In this document: positions 61,019-64,000 of the stretch, piece by piece
Layout of the letters: the number at the start of each line of letters is the position of its first letter
Numbering within the stretch: position 1 is the first letter of the stretch
NCBI RefSeq assembly: GCF_006345805.1
Contig: NC_043001.1
Coordinates: 71,920,001-71,984,000, forward strand
Length of the DNA stretch: 64,000 bases
Reading direction: 5' to 3'
DNA from: Octopus sinensis
Lineage: Eukaryota
Position numbers and translations under genes: made by a program
The notes under the pieces: generated by a model
What the model saw: the letters and a program-made list of their open reading frames with translations, nothing else
Told to the model about the DNA's origin: nothing
Database searches by the model: none

Positions 61019-63454
61019 GTAAGTAAATATACATATGTTTATATATTAGTTCATTCGTTTATTGCGTTATTTCTTCTAATTCTCTTTTGTCAGTGGGAAA
61101 GTTCGATTAAAAAGTTGTTTTTCTAAAATGTTACTTGTTACTTTTTATATTGAAAATTGTCAGCGAAAATTAACTCATAAAGTCTTAACTGATTAATATA
61201 TTTTATAATCATAGGAGTTAGCTTTATGTAGGAATAAACTGACATAGCAGTTTGTGTTTCTAACTGTGTTTTGTATATAAATTATCGTATGAATTACATA
61301 TCCTTTGTATTTTGTTGAATGACAACCATTGGTACTCGTTCGTCCTCTGTAAACAATTGTTTTATTTTTAAATCATACATGTCGTATGTGTTGTATATTA
61401 ATATTTTTTGTGGTCATCTTGGTCAAATGCTTATGCTTAATCGTTTCACTTGGTACTTGGTTTGTCCTGTAGGTAAATAAACCGTTTTTTAGCTGAAGAT
61501 ATCGGTGTGTTTATCACTTGATCTCAACATTTTGGCTGACCATAAAACTTTCATTTGTGATTATTGTTCAATTATTTCATTTGTTATTTATTAATATGTA
61601 ATGAAAAATATAATCAGTTAAGAAGGTGCCTATCATCACAATTTTTACAAGAAGAATTTTATTTCAATTTTTTTTATATGATCAACCTGTAGATATCATA
61701 TACTCTCTGAAACACACTCAGGCGTTTTTAATAACGCATTTTTTTTTATGTATGGACAAACTACTGTTGAATTTTGCGAACAGCTTTTGACTCTATCTTT
61801 TTCATAGACTCCAAAATAATTGTTATACTTTTTAACGTTACAGAGTCAACGATTAGGTCTGGTTAAAAAGCAGACAGTTATTAATAAACCGCCATTTAGT
61901 TCCCTCTTAATATCGGTGGCGGATATGAGGAATGGACACGTCAAACATGAAAGTATATACAACAATACTTTCATTATTGATATTTTTCCAACAAATATAT
62001 AGAAGCAAGCGTTACTTGGGAAATGGTGTTTATCCCCATGTCAGCTCTTATCTTGCAGACCCTTTATGATCAAAAGGTTTCAGGAATGACCATCCTACGG
62101 CTATCCGTATGCTGCATTAGGCACTCCGTTTTAGGATAGATTTTTTTGTTTTTCAAACCCACTTCTAAATCTTTTAATACCCCTTTTTTAAGACCCTGTT
62201 TTTCTAGCTTTTGAGCATCACATATTCATATTCTGAAAGCAAAAAGTTTTTTACATATAAAAAAAAATAAAGTTACAGGTTCTGAATATCTGGTATTGAA
62301 AACAACAATCTAAACACATGTATAGATAGATAGATAAATAGCCTGCCTAGCAAACAGGGAAGCGCATTGTGGCCAGCGGTGTATGATAACATCCAATAAT
62401 CTTATCGCTCTCTCAGAGTGTAATATCAATTGATGAATGTCAAAAACAACAGGAGTTATGTAATCACTTATTAGTTCACAACTTTCTGCTACAAGAAGCA
62501 GTGCACTTGGAGCATAAAGTTAGAGTTTAAAAAATAGCTGAAAGGGATTAAGTGCCAAAGTGATAGATTAGTTTTTTTTTCTTATGTATAATAATAAATA
62601 AGAAAAGAAGTCTTACATAATTTAAACTAACTAGTTGTCAGTATTTAGAATTTGTTAAGGTGGTGAGCTGGCAGAATTGTTAGCACACCAGGCAAAATAA
62701 CAGCATTTCTCCTGTCTTTATGTTCTGAGTTCAAATTCCACTGAGGTTGACTTTGCCCGTTTCATCCTTTTGGGGTCGATAAAATAAGTACCAGTTGAGT
62801 ACTGGGGCCAATGTAAAATGACTTACTCCTACCCCCAAACTTGCTGGCCTTTGCCAAAACTTGAAATCAGTATTTAAAATTTATAAGGCAAGCAAGCTAG
62901 CAGAATGAATACACTGGGCAAAATGTTTTGTAGAATTTTGTCTGTCTTTCTTAGTTCAAATTCTGCCAAGGTTGACTTTGCCTCTCATCTTTTCGGATTC
63001 AATAAAATAAGTACCAGTTGAGCACTGAATGGATGTAATCAACTTACCCTCTCCTCTGCAATTGCCACCCTTGTGCGAAAATTTGAAACCATTATTTAGA
63101 ATTTATCAGCTTAAATTTCTTGAGACTCCATTGTCACATGTTTAACTTTTCAGTTGCATTTTTCTTGTATGATGTCTTGTGTAGGTATCTTCAGGTTGAC
63201 AAACTTATTGTGAGTGAAATTTAGTCAGTGGAAACTGTGTAGAAGCCTCTTGGATGAAGTGTCTTTTATTTGGACTAGTATGGTTTAGCACTATTTTGAC
63301 TCTAGGCTGTTTTTAGCAGAGTTGATTCTATTTCAAGTGTTTGGGCAATGTTGACTGTTGCTGCACTGACCAAGCCTTTTTAACCCCCCCCCCCCATCTT
63401 GGTGGCCCATTATTTGATCAGTATTGTTTGCAATGTTGTTTCATATTTCAACAG

Positions 63455-63581
63455 GCGAGAAGATACAAGTGAAAAACGTCTCCAAAGAAGCATCCAAAAT
63501 GATGAGGTTGATTCCAGATTTGGATTTGACCGCTATAAAGAATCAGCAGAAAGAACAGGATGGCTTATTAACATGCACCCG
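63455..63581 (+). CDS. POLE: DNA polymerase epsilon catalytic subunit exon 2
   Basis: ttcaacag| acceptor. [42 protein letters not shown]|gtaatt matches the POLE motif D..FGF.R.....[10 protein letters not shown], with the intron after MHP as in vertebrates. The gene continues beyond the window. Confidence 0.93.
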
Positions 63582-63879
63582 GTAATTTCCTTTTCGTATT
63601 TTTTAACTTAAGTATTAAAATTTGAAAGGTTTGAGAACACTGTCCAATCATACCTCATTGTTAAGACAGTTCCAGATTGTACCTTCGGCATGGCTGTATG
63701 GTTAAGAAGTTTGCTTCACAACCACATGGTTTCAGGTTCAGTCTTAATGCATGGCACCTTTGACAAATGTTTACCACTATAAACAGTCTGTGCCAACCAA
63801 AGTCTTGTGACTAGATTTGATGGTAGATGGAAACTGAAAGAAACCAGCCATATGTTCATGTGTGTCATGGTATTGGTTC

Positions 63880-64000
63880 CTTAAACGATGAGGCAACTAG
63901 GCTACAGGAGTTCTGTGATGCAGGTAACCTTTTAATCTGCAACATTAACTTCAGGAAACCAGACAGCCACCTGATAACCTATCAATCAGGTGACTCTTCT
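63880..64000 (+). mobile_element. RTE endonuclease fragment in POLE intron 2
   Basis: NDEATRLQEFCDAGNLLICNINFRKPDSHLITYQSGDS is homologous to the 40471 ORF. Confidence 0.75.

Overview
AT-rich, microsatellite-dense eukaryotic DNA. Its SINE, RTE and Penelope content looks like an octopus or other coleoid cephalopod (inference). Two host genes point away from each other. One is a complete three-exon sulfite oxidase (SUOX, minus strand, 16636 to 4417, 574 aa). The other is the first two exons of DNA polymerase epsilon catalytic subunit (POLE, plus strand, from 60963), preceded by a palindromic E2F site. The rest is transposon debris: tRNA-SINEs, RTE and CR1 LINEs, a Penelope-like element (PLE), hAT, mariner, pogo and piggyBac elements or MITEs, and non-autonomous Helitrons. 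The unexpected signal is a set of type I hammerhead ribozyme (HHR) motifs in small elements that abut (TA)n tracts, several with a 5' inverted arm. The best one (54414-54459) has a complete core. It sits at the 5' end of a nearly intact CR1 LINE, and the LINE is bracketed by a 95-bp direct repeat from the ribozyme-bearing unit. The result is a retrozyme/PLE-like architecture wrapped around an APE-RT LINE. That LINE's ORF2 lacks an AUG but is reachable by a -1 shift at a G_GGA_AAC heptamer just before the ORF1 stop.
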